Shown here: piece by piece, positions 13,980-27,162 of the stretch
Layout: every line of letters starts with the position of its first letter
How positions within the stretch are numbered: position 1 is the stretch's first letter
Assembly: GCA_964016885.1 (NCBI GenBank)
Contig: OZ024766.1
Location: forward strand, 2,728,001 to 2,792,000
Length of the DNA: 64,000 bases
Reading direction: 5' to 3'
Source of the DNA: Eledone cirrhosa
Taxonomy: Eukaryota
Made by a program: the position numbers and the translations under genes
The notes under the pieces: generated by a model
What the model was told of the DNA's origin: nothing
The model's input: only the letters and a program-made list of their open reading frames with translations
Database searches by the model: none

Positions 13980-15186
13980 CTAGCAGAAAACCACCCGAGA
14001 ATGTCTGTCTGTCTGTCAGCTCACTAAAACTTGAGAACCATCCAACCGATTGTTTTCAAACTTTAGACATGTAATACTTATGGTCCTGTGACTGTTTTGA
14101 GCAAAAATTATTTCAAATTTTCAATGCCCTAGGGACCGCATTAAACGATTTAGCGTTCTCTCTATATAATTCTTAGTCTTTCTTTTTAGATAGATACATA
14201 GATATAACGTTGCGCCCTTATAATATCTGTCTGTATGTCTGGCTGGCTGCATTACGTCATTATGACGCGCTCAGCGCCATTCCCTCGGCTTGAGTGACCA
14301 AAGTCAGTGGAGAGGGGAAGGTAATGTTTCTGTGGCACGTGTTTTAGCGTCTATTCACTCTCTCTCTCTCGCTATCCCCCTCTCGTAGTCTGTCTCTTTC
14401 TTTCACTCTCACTCTCACGCTATCCCCCTCTCGTAGTCTGTCTCTTTCTTTCACTCTCACTCTCTCGCTATCCCCCTCTCGTAGTCTGTCTCTTTCTTTC
14501 ACTCTCACTCTCTCTCGCTATCCCCCTCTCGTAGTCTGTCTCTTTCTTTCACTCTCACTCTCTCGCTATCCCCCTCTCGTAGTCTGTCTCTTTCTTTCAC
14601 TCTCACTCTCTCGCTATCCCCCTCTCGTAGTCTGTCTCTTTCTTTCACTCTCACTCTCTCGCTATCCCCCTCTCGTAGTCTGTCTCTTTCTTTCACTCTC
14701 ACTCTCTCGCAGTCTGTCTCTTTCTTTCACTCTCACTCTCTCTCTATCCCCCTCTCGTAGTCTGTCTCTTTCTTTCACTCTCACTCTCTCGCTATCCCCC
14801 TCTCGTAGTCTGTCTCTTTCTTTCACTCTCACTCTCTCGCAGTCTGTCTCTTTCTTTCACTCTCACTCTATCCCCTTCTCGTAGTCTGTCTCTTTCTTTC
14901 ACTCTCACTCTCTCTCTACGCACGTGTTTCCACTGTCGGACAGACAGACAGACAGACAGAGAAATTGCTGGTTATATATATAAGTAGATATATAGATATA
15001 TATACACTCACACACAGACAGACATCCTCAGTTATATATATATATACACACACAGACATCCTCAGTTATATATATATACATACACACATTCACACACACA
15101 GACAGACATCCTCAGTTATATATATATATATACATACACACATTCACACAAACAGACAGACATCCTCAGTTATATATATAAGTAGA
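13980..15186 (-). mobile_element. Second, rearranged Helitron-like segment in tandem with the first
   Basis: Its CTAG end (13980-13983) abuts the 5' TC of the first element. The outer end A|TCTACTTATATATATAAC is at 15186. Several repeated 5' subtermini lie at 14960-15186. Confidence 0.7.
14356..14915. repeat. 48-bp pyrimidine-rich minisatellite, ~12 copies
   Basis: CTATCCCCCTCTCGTAGTCTGTCTCTTTCTTTCACTCTCACTCTCTCG repeated. Confidence 0.95.
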
Positions 15187-15232
15187 TATTTAAATTGCAA
15201 ATTTAAAAATACATTTTTTGTTGAAACTTTAT

Positions 15233-15288
15233 AATAAAGTAAGCTAAATACGCTGTTGGGTTCATGGATATATAATATCTCTTTATTA
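15233..15288 (+). pseudogene. trnM: NUMT: mitochondrial-type tRNA-Met(CAT), 3' side of anticodon arm deleted; probably followed by the 5' end of rrnS
   Basis: Acceptor AATAAAG/CTTTATT, TAAGCTAAATACGCTGTTGGGTTCAT (typical mt-Met D and anticodon region), T arm GGATA-TATAA-TATCT. Confidence 0.8.
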
Positions 15289-15493
15289 TTTAAATTTGAC
15301 TTTCGTTTATTTTTAATTATTATAATTTTATAGATATTATATATAAATATATATATATTTATATAGGAAGAAATATGTCCAAAGTTGTTAAATATTTTCA
15401 CTTGTATATAATTACTGTATCGTTGAAAGGTTCACATAATTCTATTATTTACACACATTATTATAGACTTCAAGTAAATCTTTCTCAACTTAC

Positions 15494-15665
15494 CCTCTTC
15501 CCATGTAATCAATGTGTTGTCTTCTTATATTTTATTAAACAAAGAAATAATCTCCTTGTTGTTGAATAAGAATTTTCAAAGATTTCATCAGCTTTTCTTT
15601 GTCCGCCATTAAACGTTGGTGTATCTTCTTATTCTTTAGCCACAGATTCGTATCTCGTCACAATG
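15494..15665 (-). promoter_or_regulatory. Putative first (leader) exon and core promoter of paralog 1; equivalents at ~24004-24178, 31321-31494, 40500-40673, 50218-50391, 59946-60119
   Basis: Conserved donor GAAGAGG|GTAAGT and YY1-like AATGGCGG. Similarity among all paralogs ends just upstream. The TSS is inferred. Confidence 0.6.
15535..15609 (-). other. Upstream ORF, 24 aa, MADKEKLMKSLKILIQQQGDYFFV
   Basis: Manual translation; frame intact in all six complete paralogs (e.g. 24045-24122, 25 aa). Confidence 0.5.
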
Positions 15666-15710
15666 AACATATAGAGCTAGCTTTTTTGTTTTCATTCCTC
15701 CTCACTATTT

Positions 15711-15711
15711 G

Positions 15712-15747
<36 letters not shown>

Positions 15748-15764
15748 GTATGTATATATCTATG

Positions 15765-15795
<31 letters not shown>

Positions 15796-15906
15796 ATATA
15801 TATATGTGTATATATATATATGTATGTATATATATATATGTATATATATATATGTATGTATATATATATATGTATGTATATATATATGTATATATATATA
15901 TATATG

Positions 15907-15945
<39 letters not shown>

Positions 15946-15948
15946 ATA

Positions 15949-15985
<37 letters not shown>
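15711..15985. repeat. (CT)n then (TA)n/(TATG)n microsatellite; related tracts at 31550-31618, 35730-35980, 45640-45893, 55360-55615
   Basis: Direct inspection. Confidence 0.98.
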
Positions 15986-15987
<2 letters not shown>

Positions 15988-15989
15988 CT

Positions 15990-16150
15990 GTAAATGTGGT
16001 TGGTGTTAGGAAGGGCATCCAGCTGTAGAAAACCCGCCAGATAGTCCTATGCGAGCAAGATAACCACTCTTGCCTCAAGTGGGAAAACCCTCCGTCCAAA
16101 CCCATGCAAGCGTGGAACACGGACGTTAAACGATGATGATGATGATGATG
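15990..16150 (+). mobile_element. SINE/RTE-related 3' end with (GAT)n tail; opposite-orientation relatives at ~16240-16430, 24265-24440, 31620-31790, 35980-36150, 40955-41130 and later blocks
   Basis: GGTGTTAGGAAGGGCATCCAGCTGTAGAAA ... CCCATGCAAGCGTGGAA...GGACGTTAAACGATGATGAT. Confidence 0.7.
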
Positions 16151-16211
16151 ATATATGTATATACGTTATATATATATATATGTATGTACGTTAAACGGTG
16201 ATGATGATGAT

Positions 16212-16244
<33 letters not shown>

Positions 16245-16439
16245 CATCATCGCCGTTTAACGTACATTCCCCCATGTTAATATGGGTTAAACGAGCTGTC
16301 CCGTTTTGTGGCAAGTCAGATCAGATGACCGTCTCTTGTTTATACAGAACTATCTCTAGGTTGGTTTCTACGGCTAGATACCCATCCAAACGCCAACCAT
16401 GTTTACAGTGTGGAGTTGATGCTCTTTTCTAAGCAACAA

Positions 16440-17030
16440 AATGATCGCTATACAGAGTAGACAGGCCACTTTTTGTTATGTCACCAACACCAGCACTTTA
16501 CAGGGTGTACAGGCCACTTTTTGATATGTCTCCAATACCAGCACTTTACAGAGTGGACTGGGCGCTTTTATCGTGTCACCAACACTACCACTTTACAGGG
16601 TGAACTGGGAGCTATTTGTCTTGTCATCAACATGTCCACTTCACAGCTTGGACTGTATGTTTTCTGTCTCGTCACCATCACAACCACTATATTCAGTGGA
16701 CTAGGTATATATTGTTGGGACACTAACATGACCAATTTTCAAGAGTGACTAGGCAATTTTTCTCCTGTCACCAACACTAAACCACAAGGTGGACCAGGTG
16801 CCTTCAGGCCTGCCACTAACATGACCACTTTACGGGATGGGCTGGGTTACTCCAGTCGTGTCACCTAAATAAATATCTGAAAGGGGTCGTCGACTGTGTG
16901 CTTATTTGTCATGTCACAAACACAACTACCTTGCAGGGAGGGTGAGCTGATCTTTTGTCATGTCACCAACACTTTGAGGTCTTGGTACTCTTTTGTCATG
17001 GCACCAATGTGATCACCTTACAGGGTTGAC
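16440..17030. repeat. Diverged ~48-bp tandem repeat (TGTCACCAACACCAGCACTTTACAGGGTGGACTGG core), ~12 copies here and 2-4 in other blocks
   Basis: Periodic motif contiguous with the SINE-like segment, from which it appears to be expanded. Confidence 0.8.
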
Positions 17031-17989
17031 TGAGAGCTTCAGCCATTCAGCAGCATTGTGGGAGACTCTGTTTATCTTTCCATGTTTGTATACATTGGTT
17101 GGTCAAGAGAGGTACCTCAGATGTGTAAAGTGTGGTTGCATGTCTGTTGGGTGGGGATGGGAGTGGTAGGTCGAGGGTGGGGTACTTAGCTGGTGAAGGG
17201 TGGAGTGTTATATGGGAGGTGTATGGAAGTGGGTAGTTCATACTAGAAAGCTCTAGATATTGCTTCCTCTAATGCACATGGAAAGGCAGGTCTTCTGAAG
17301 TACAGCATAATGCCAGAGATCTCAATCCTATGTCATACACATCACACATCCATACCACTACAATCTCTTCTCCTGTACATTGCATCTGACTACTCATATG
17401 TCCAGTTTCTCTCTCAGTTCAATTACACTTTGCCATTCATACATAATACTATTACACATCCATCGGAGCAAGTTGAAATGACTGACTTGACAAATTCCTC
17501 AAATATAAATCTTTTATTAACAAAAGAGGGATTGAAATTTAAGACATTAATACAATTAATAGAATGGTTTATGAAAAACAAATAAATGATTTCAAAAAGA
17601 AACAAATCAATACAAAGAGAAAAAGAAAAAGAAGAAAAGATACACATAGTCCTTTAATTATACACTACAGGGAATGTGGGTGTTGCCCTCTAAATATTTC
17701 TTGAGGCCAGTTATAACATTGTCATAGGATAAAGGGTCCCTCAATTATACACTACAACAGGGAATGTGGGTGTTGCCAAAAAATAAATTTAAGAAGACAA
17801 CTATCAGACATGAGAATGACTTTAATCCCATTTAAAAATAAAATCGAAAAAAATGGAAAGCAATATTTAGAAGCTGTAGAAATACTAAGGGTTTCCTTGT
17901 GATGTTAGTTGACAATAAGTTTATATTTGTAAGATGAAGGACGTGTCACATTGTCAAGTTAAAAGGTTTGTTTATTTTTCTCTGTTTAA

Positions 17990-18500
17990 GTTACTGATAT
18001 AGTTTTTCACCAGTGTCATCTTTTGTGCTAAGTTAAAGATAAGTTACTGCCAAAATATTCCCCACATGTTAAACAGTGGTAATATTTCTCTCCAGTGTGG
18101 TCTTTTGTGTTTATTCAAATTAGTGTTACTTCCAAAATATTCCCCACATGTTAAACAGTGGTAATATTTCTCTCCAGTGTGGTCTTTTGTGTTTATTCAA
18201 ATTAGTGTTACTGCCAAAATATTCCCCACATGTTAAACAGTGGTAATATTTCTCTCCAGTGTGGTCTTTTGTGTTTATTCAAGTTACTGTTACTGCCAAA
18301 ATATTCCCCACATGTTAAACAATGGTAATATTTCTCTCCAGTGTGGTCTTTTGTGTTTATTCAAGTTAGTTACTGCCGAAATATTCCCCACATGTTAAAC
18401 AGTGGCCTCTCTCCAGTGTGTGTTCTTTGTTTATTTAAATGACTCCTTACAACAAAAGATTTTCTATGTTTCACAACGAAAGGGTTTCTCTCCAGAGCCT
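17990..18500 (-). pseudogene. Degenerate zinc-finger relic, 82-bp units (4 + partial)
   Basis: Unit reads HTGEKYYHCLTCGEYFGSNSNLNKHKR then a frameshift; flanked by EKPFRCET* and SFVVRSHLNKQRTHTGE remnants. Confidence 0.88.
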
Positions 18501-19476
18501 GATAATTTGTAAACCGTTAAGTGATCTCTTATCCTGTTGCTCAACTTTGTAGAAATAGCAGCCAAATTGCTCTACATTACTAGGTCAATGGAAGGACACA
18601 CAGACACATATATAGTCATATTTCCTTTTAACCTCACCTCCCTCAATTAGATTCCAACTTGTTACCTTGGTAATTCAAACCCACTCTCATTGTATGGCTA
18701 TTAAACACACATACCCACTTTTCATTTTCATATTCCACAAGGCTTCAAACTACCACACCACATATATATCTGTCCTGTGTGACCCCTATTTTGAATTCAT
18801 GCAGGATGTTTAAACTATCATATAATAGACATCACACCGCCTGGTCTGACATCCTCTATTCTCCCTTCTCACCTTTTCTACACCTCGGTGTCATTAATCT
18901 TTGTCTGTACATGGTACTAGTCTATATTATTCTCTTGTTTTACTATTTCTCTCCCATCTATATTTTATTCCCCTTTGACTAGGCCATCACACAGTTCTCT
19001 CCCTTCTTTGTCAGTTGACACACTTACAATGCCTTTTCTACTATATCTGTGTAATTCACCTAAAGGTATAACTTGCTCTACCTGTTTTGTTAAATCCTAA
19101 TGTGCTGTGGAATGTATGGTTCAAACCTTAATGAACCCAAACCTTAGTGATTTCCATAGGTTAGCTGATGAGATGGGACTGTGTCTTTCTTTTGTTTTTT
19201 CCATTGTCTTTGTCAGGTGCATCCCTTATTTTGAAAAATATATATATATATATATATAAATGTATGTGTATGTGTAAAATTAAAAACCATACGTGGGTGA
19301 GAACACAGAGGATACAAACACAAGAACAATTCCCCCTCATCAGCTGTCAAATAATCTCACCAATGTAAGATATAGTGTTTGATGGTTGTTATTACAGTGT
19401 AATATCTTCTTTCATATGTAGATATATTTATGGTTAAAAAGACAATAGTTTCATACAATGATTTTTGACACTGATA

Positions 19477-21431
<1,955 letters not shown>

Positions 21432-22129
21432 CTCTTCAGGAAAAAATATCAATCTTTTAAGTGCCTTCCTAGAATTTTTTCTCTCAACACAATATATTGA
21501 TATTTTTGTTTTTAAAGTTTATTCCCAACAAATATTTCCTCTGTTAAATCTCCATCAGCTGTGCTCTTTGTTGACAAATTCCTTTGTAAATTTTTGCAAC
21601 TTTAATAAGAATGCAGAATCTTTTTGTACACTTTCCAGATAGGAAGAAGAGAAATCTTTCCATCAACCTCAGTTTAGAAGAAATATTTCACTGTAATTCA
21701 CCAAATGTTGATATAAAAGGACTTATATAAACACTGTGTAAAATCTTGTGTTAGTTTTTTAAACAATGATATTGATGTTGTATCTGAAGTTAAAATTTCT
21801 CTTCTGTCAATGTCATGTGATATTCTGAAATAACAGAGAAACAAAATAAGATATAGAGGAGAGGATATTAAAATGTTGTGATTCAACAATGGAAATTTTA
21901 CCTTTCTTTAATGATAAATAGTCAACATCATCATCGTTTAACATCCATCTTCCACACTAGTGTAAAATATATATAATGAAAATAAAAATGATTGTGTAGT
22001 GCTCAGGTGCACTACAACTGATAGAATTATGTACAAATGTCAGGAAAATTAACAGTGTACGAGTCCTGATAAACCCACACACACGTGTGTGTGTGTGTGT
22101 GTGTATGGATGGGGTATATTAGGTGCAGT

Positions 22130-22740
22130 GATGGCGAACATCTGGAAGCATGGAAGTTTTGAAGGATGCATCAGTGATTCGGGTAATGTATTCAGGAAAG
22201 TCTATGAGTTGATCACAGTTGCTGGAGTTAGGGGTAAATCCAAATTGCGTGGGTCGGATAAGGCTGTGAGAGTTCCAGAGTGGTTCTCTCACATAGGACT
22301 CCATCAGTTTGGCGATGCAGCTAGGAAGATTGACTGGACAATAGTTAACAGGTGACATGCGATCACCCTTTTTGAACAAAGGAATGGCACTGGCAGTTTT
22401 CTACTGCTCAGAGGTAACTCCATTGTTAAGGCAGAATTGAAAGAAGAGTGGAAGCTGGTGCATAAAAAAAGTAACCACCATGTCTGAGAAGCAGGTACGT
22501 AACATAATTACGACCAGGAGAAGGATAGTTGAACTTATTCTTATGGTGGCATCATAGTATCGTAGGTGTAAATTCTATACTTGTTATAGAATTTGATGTC
22601 AGAGGTGGTGGAGATGGTACATTTTAATTATTAGTAGTCCAGCCTGTGTGGGGATTGCACAGAGGACTTACTGGAGAGTGAGGTGTCTTCTTTGAATGTA
22701 CATATTTCCAGAACACTTTGCAGTGAGGGTTTTTCACAGT
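22130..22740 (-). mobile_element. Non-LTR retrotransposon RT fragment (CR1/L2/Jockey-group-like), in intron
   Basis: FKKGDRMSPVNYCPVNLPSCIAKLMES...QFGF...DQLIDF matches the FKKG..NYRPISL..K.ME..QHGF motifs; FWKYVH upstream. Confidence 0.88.
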
Positions 22741-22984
22741 ATTAAAACCTTATTATGTAGAAACATCAATAAAAAAATACATGCGAAGAAAAATTGCCAT
22801 CAGAGAAACCTCCAAGAGTCCCATCTGCTCCATTTTCTAAAAGAATGAGTGGTTTCTCACTGATTTTGAGGTCAGATTTGTTGAGAACATGGAGATAAAA
22901 CTTGGGGTGAAAATAAACAATTTCCCTTCGAACGACTGAGGTTATTTAAATAATTAAGACAGACACGACAAGGTATTAGTATAG

Positions 22985-23173
22985 AAGATTGGCGGTATCA
23001 GTAGAGCGTTAGACGCAGTGCTTTACACCATAGAGTTATGTCCCTTTACGGTCTGAGTTCAAATCCCGCCGAGGTTAACTTTGCCTTTCATCCTTGCAGG
23101 GTCGATAAAATAAAGTACCAGTAATACACAGGGGTTATGGCTGGCCTTGTGCCAAAAGTAGAAACAATTATTA
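22985..23173 (+). mobile_element. tRNA-derived SINE with Meta-like core (also ~30468-30655, 39481-39668, 49199-49386, 58931-59118)
   Basis: B box GAGTTCAAATCCC followed by GCCTTTCATCCTT..GGGTCGATAAAATAAAGTACCAG; family name from memory only. Confidence 0.78.
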
Positions 23174-23179
23174 TAGAAG

Positions 23180-23683
23180 TACACCCTGCTTTGATATCAG
23201 TGGGGGAAAACATTTTCCCTGTTTCTTTTTTTCGTGTGCTATCAACCAATCTGACCTCCAAGGGGCTCGCAATTGACATTTGTCCAGTAAGATTGAAATG
23301 TTGGGAAGGGCTCCCTCCCGCTTCTCGGAGTTTACCCAACCATTTTTCTTTCCAAGTGTTATTAACGAATCTCACCTCCCAACAAGTAGGAAATGACTAG
23401 ATTTATAGAAAAACTAGGGTGAAAGGGAGTCAAAAGACGATCGGAGGTTCACAGATCTACACCCACCTCGCCTTTCGTGGGGAAAAATTACCTTTTTTTA
23501 TTTTGTGCTGTCAACTAATCTGACCCCCAAGGTGCTCCCAATCATCTTTTTCTCCCGGGTTAGGGTTTCTGTTATCCAGATAGAAATCGATTGCGAGAAT
23601 CGTGGAAGTTAGATTAGTTTATAGCACACGAAATAATCGAGGAAAGAAATTATTTTCCCACTGAAATGGAGGGGTATGTTGTA
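23180..23683. mobile_element. ~500-bp MITE-like element with ~80-bp imperfect TIRs (also 30662-31050 truncated, 39674-40178, 49392-49896, 59124-59627)
   Basis: Left CAGTGGGGGAAAA...TTCGTGTGCTATCAACCAATCTGACCTCCAAG is the imperfect reverse complement of right GGAAGTTAGATTAGTT(G/T)ATAGCACACGAA...TTTTCCCACTG. Confidence 0.75.
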
Positions 23684-25599
23684 TAAATTGACCTAAACTA
23701 CACATTATAATACAAGGTAGTGAACAACATGATTAAATAGACGGAGGTAACTTAAATAATAAAGACACTCATAATAACAATATATTTTATATCACATGTA
23801 ACAGTAGAATCTAGCTATTGTAAAATAAGACAACATTTCAGTCTAGAAGTATTTTCCTGTATATAAAAGTGACGAGGAAGAAATATGTCCAAAATTGTTA
23901 AATATTTTCACTTGTATATAATTACTGTATCGTTGAAAGGTTCACATAATTCTATTATTTACACACATTATTATAGACTTCAAGTAAATCTTTCTCAACT
24001 TACCCTCTTCACATGTAATCAATGTGTTGTCTTCTTATATTTTATTAAACAAAGAAATAATCTCTTTGTTGTTGTTGAATGAGAATTTTCAAAGATTTCA
24101 TCAGCTTTTCTTTGTCCGCCATTAACGTTGGTGTATCTTCTTATTCTTTAGCCACAGATTCGTATCTTGTCACGATGAAGCTGTTAAGCTAGCTTTCTTT
24201 CTTTCTCCTTCATTATTTGTATACTTGAATATATATATATATTTGTCTACTTGATTATATATATATCATCATCGCCGTTTAACGTACATTCCGCCATGTT
24301 AACATGTGTTATACGAGCTGTCCCGTTTTGTGGCAAGTCAATCAGATGACCGTCTCTTGTTTATACAGAACTATCTCTAGGTTGGTTTCTACGGCTAGAT
24401 ACCCATCCAAACGCCAACCATGTTTACAGTGTGGAGTTGCTCTTTTCTAAGCAACAAAATGATCACTATACAGTGTAGACAGGCCACTTTTTCTTATGTC
24501 ACCAACACCACCACTTTACAGGGTGGACTGGATGCATTTGTCATGTCACCAACACTTTAGGGGTTAGACTGGGCGCTTTTCATCATGTCACCAACACCAG
24601 CACTTTACAGGGTTGACTGAGAGCTTCAGTCATTTCAGCAGCATTGTGGGAGAGTGTTTATCTTCCCATGTTTGTAAACATTGGTTGGTCTAGAGACTGG
24701 CCTCAGATTTGTAAAGTGTGGTTGCATGTATGTTGGGTGGGGATTGGAGTGGTAGGGTACTTAGCTGGTTAAGGGTGGAGTGTTAAGTCGTGGGTGAAGG
24801 GTGGTGTGTTAAGATATGGGAGGTGTATGGAAGTGGGTGGTCCATACTAGTAAGCTCTAGATATTGCTTCCTCTAATGCACATAGAAAGGCAGGTCTTCT
24901 GAAGTACAGCATAATGCCAGAGATCTCAATCCTATGTCATACACATCACACATCCATACCACTACAATCTCTTCTCCTGTACATTGCATCTGACTACTCA
25001 TATGTCCAGTTTCTCTCTCAGTTCATTGACACTTTGCCATTCATACATAATACTATTACACATCCATCGGAGCAAGTTGAAATGACTGACTTGACAAATT
25101 CCTCAAATATAAATCTTTTATTGACAAAACAGGGATTGAAATTTAAGACATTAATACAATTAATAGAATGGTTTATGAAAAACAAATAAATGATTTCAAA
25201 AAGAAACAAATCAATACAAAGAGAAAAAGAAAAAGAAGAAAAGATACACATAGTCCTTTAATTATACACTACAGGGAATGTGGGTGTTGCCCTCTAAATA
25301 TTTCTTGAGGCCAGTTATAACATTGTCATAGGATAAAGGGTCCCTCAATTATACACTACAACAGGGAATGTGGGTGTTGCCAAAAAATAAATTTAAGAAG
25401 ACAACTATCAGACATGAGAATGACTTTAATCCCATTTAAAAATAAAATAAAAAAAAATGGAAAGCAATATTTAGCAAGCTATAGAAATACTAAGGGTTTC
25501 CTTGTGATGTTAGTTGACAATAAGTTTATATTTATAAGATGAAGGACATGTCACATTGCCAAGTTAAAAGGTTTGTTTATTTTTCTCTGTTTAAGTTAC

Positions 25600-26075
25600 T
25601 GATATAGTTTTTCACCAGTGTCATCGTTTGTGCTTAGTTTAAGATAAGTTACTGCCAAAATATTCCCCACATGTTAAACAATGCAAATATTTCTCTCCGG
25701 CGTGGTCTTTTGTGTTTATTCAAATTAGTGTTACTTCCAAAATATTCCCCACATGTTAAACAATGGTAATATTTCTCTCCAGTGTGGTCTTTTGTGTTTA
25801 TTCAAGTTACTGTTACTGCCAAAATATTCCCCACATGTTAAACAATGGTAATATTTCTCTCCAATGTGGTCTTTTGTGTTTATTCAAGTTACTGTTACTG
25901 CCAAAATATTCCCCACATGTTAAACAATGGTAATATTTCTCTCCAATGTGGTCTTTTGTGTTTATTCAAGTTACTGTTACTGCCAAAATATTCGCCACAT
26001 GTTAAACAGTGGCCTCTCTCCAGTGTGTGTTCTGTTTATTTAAATGACTCCTTACAACAAAAGGGTTTCTCTCCA
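25600..26075 (-). pseudogene. Degenerate zinc-finger relic, 82-bp units (4 + partial)
   Basis: Same unit as 17990-18500. Confidence 0.85.
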
Positions 26076-27162
26076 GAGCCTGATAATTTGTAAACCGTTG
26101 ATCTTTTACCCTGTTGCTCAACTTTGTAGAAATAGCAGCCAAATTGCTCTACATTACGATGTTAATCGAAGGACACATAAATACATATGTAGTCATACTT
26201 CCTTTCCTTTTAACCTCACCCCCCTCAATTAGTATCCAACTTGTTACCTTGGCAATTCAAACCCACTCTCAATGTATGGCTTTTAAACACACATACCCAC
26301 TTTCCATTTTCATATTCTACAATGCTTCAAGCAAACTACCCACACCACATATGTCTGTCCTGTGTGACCCCTATTTTGAATTCATGCAGGATTTTAAAAC
26401 TATCATATAATAGACATCACACCGCCTGGTCTGACATCCTCTATTATCCCTTCTCACCTTTTCTACACCTGAGTGACATTAATCTTTGTCTGTACATGGT
26501 ACTAAAGTCTATATTATTCTCTTGTTTTACTATTTCTCTCCCATCTATATTTTATTCCCCTTTGACTAGGCCATCACACAGTTCTCTCCCTTCTTTGTCA
26601 GTTGACACACTTACAATGCCTTTTCTACTATATCTGTGTAATTCACCTAAAGGTATAACTTGCTCTACCTGTTTTATTAAATCCTAATGTGCTGTGGAAT
26701 GTTCGGTTTCAACCTTAATGAACCGAAACCTTAGTGATTTCCATAGGTTAGCTGATGAGATGGGACTGTGTCTTTCTTTTGTTTATTCCATTGTCTTTGT
26801 CTTTGAAAAATATATATATATATATATATTTCGTCCAAACCCGTGGAAGATGGACGATGATGATGATGATGATGATATAAATGTATGTGTGTGTGTGTAA
26901 AATTAAAAACCATACATGGGTGAGAACACAGAGGATACAAACACAAGTACAATTCCCGCTCATCAGGTGTCTTCTGTGGATCACTATAGTCTTGAATGCA
27001 TTAAATCTTGTATTAAAAATACGATATCAAATTATCTCACCAATGTAAGATATAGTTATAGTGTTTGATGGTTGTTATTACAGTGTAATATCTTCTTTCA
27101 TATGTAGATATATTTATGGTTAAAAAGACAAGAGTTTCATACAATGATTTTTGACACTGATA

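Larger units (their letters stand above)
13046..15229 (+). pseudogene. trnC: NUMT: mitochondrial-type tRNA-Cys(GCA) split by a Helitron (pieces 13046-13059 and 15187-15229)
   Basis: Acceptor GGTTTTA/TGAAACT, anticodon arm TTAAA-TTGCAAA-TTTAA, T arm ACA-TTTTT-TGT. The D region looks shortened. Confidence 0.8.

Noticed and set aside
14505-14702. RVRVKERDRLREGDSE repeat ORF
   Set aside because: Translation of the 48-bp minisatellite inside a Helitron.
12980-15288. Functional tRNA genes
   Set aside because: Mitochondrial-type folds without nuclear A/B boxes; Cys is split and Met is partly deleted. The SINE heads elsewhere also lack complete cloverleaves.
15709-16314. YI/IY-rich ORFs (also ~35.7, 45.6 and 55.3 kb)
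   Set aside because: Microsatellite translations.
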